Source of the DNA: Takakia lepidozioides
Lineage: Eukaryota; Plantae; Bryophyta
DNA length: 64,000 nt
Reading direction: 5' to 3'
Assembly: GCA_030704615.1 (NCBI GenBank)
Contig: CM060731.1
Location: 46,686,001 to 46,750,000 of the forward strand
The notes beneath the pieces are model-generated. The model was not told the DNA's origin. It saw only the letters and a program-made list of their open reading frames with translations, and did not search any database. The number at the start of each line of letters is the position of its first letter. The first letter of the stretch is position 1. Below are positions 62,883-64,000 of the stretch, one piece after another. Position numbers and translations under genes: made by a program.

Positions 62883-64000
62883 GCAAATCTACTGCCATTT
62901 TGCTTGAATATAATGTTTGGTTGGGATGGAGCAGGCAGCAGGGAAGGGGGAAGTCTAAAGTAGGGACCAGATATGTGGCTGCCCTTGCAGTCGTTAAACC
63001 CTTGTCTTTCAGGAGGCTTATGGTAACTTTTGTTACCTGTCACTTGTCAGATCCAAAACTAAGGTTCATGGAGTCACTCGATTTTTCCAGAGTCCCACAC
63101 CACAATGGTTGGCTGTCTGGTGTCCAATTTTCGGTCTTTAAGGCCATTCCAAACTTTTTATTATATGAGTTTCCTCATATCTGGCCTGCAACACTTCAGC
63201 GTTATTTTCAAATGAGAACTTTGGAAGGAGAAAACGCTGAGGTCCTGAGGGCCTGTAAAGGGCTCAATGGTGTCTTTCACTGACACTACTTGCTGATATT
63301 ATATGGGCAGGAGTTGGCCCAGAAAAATGCACCAAAACTGAAGGATGCTCCTATCTTCACTCGCGTTGCCGTGCGAGCTCAAGGCTGCAGGGAGCCATGG
63401 TGTGATGGTGTCTTGCCTGCTCTGCTCCTTGCAGTAAGCATATTTCCTTTCTATCAGAGAAGTCACGTTCCTTGATTTAAGCAATTCGTCAGGACAGAGT
63501 AGGGGTTGAGAATATTGGCAGGGCATTTTTATATCGGCTTTCACCAGTACAAATCTGCTAAAGTGCTTTGAAGTGGTGAAATAACAAGCAAGGGATGTTG
63601 CAAAGCTGCCTCATCTAGGCATAATTTCTTTCCTATGTCCCTTGGGCCCTTTGGGCTGTCCGTGGATGCAGTCGTTCTTCCTGTCTGTCTCTTGCTAGGC
63701 ATTCATCGTGTGGTTTCAATGTACATCAAGTCAGTCGTGAGGTGCTGGGCAGGTGGTTCCAGGCCTCACAGAAACGTTTTACATGACCCTCTGTGCGGAC
63801 AACAACTTTCGTCTTGTGCCGGGTGCAGCCTCAACTATTTCTCTCTGTCCATTTCTGCCAGAGAATGCTTTACCCTTACGGGTAATTATTGAAAGATGCA
63901 AGACTTTGTTATCATCTGGTAGTATGGGTGTTACATATTGCCTATTTTGCAATGGATGCCCATGTGTAGGCAATACTGAATTTAACAGTTGGAAAGAAAA

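Overview
Eukaryotic, intron-containing, transposon-dense DNA. It is most likely from a non-flowering streptophyte or land plant (inference from DNMT3-type, FYR, ISE2-like and RTEX-like sequences). Left half (1-37.6 kb), nested mobile elements: (i) An 11,965-bp Ty3/Gypsy retrotransposon (2330-14294, minus strand, 4-bp TSD AGTT) sits in a Mutator-like transposase pseudogene. It encodes a DNMT3-type cytosine methyltransferase between protease and RT and a PHD finger after integrase. It has split (permuted) terminal repeats instead of ordinary LTRs and a self-complementary (Tf1-like) primer site, and it carries captured host gene pieces (LUC7, MAD1, ISD11, RPS18). (ii) A ~10.1-kb Mutator-like DNA transposon (25135-35234, TA duplication) carries a GCM/MULE/SWIM transposase and a divergently transcribed, spliced ParB-like + beta-class N4C/N6A methyltransferase-like cargo. 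It is inserted into a second ParB-like gene. Arrays of TCGGYRCCGA-centred palindromes lie in introns of both ParB-like genes, and a Myb/SANT trihelix gene follows. Right half (38.5-63 kb): a host gene fusing a FYR (FYRN/FYRC) domain to a catalytically degenerate Ski2/ISE2-like DExH helicase. Its introns are filled with RTEX-like LINEs and two TRIMs whose LTRs contain a tRNA-like cloverleaf. Family assignments are from motif recognition by eye, not database searches. Many frameshifts may be sequencing or assembly errors.
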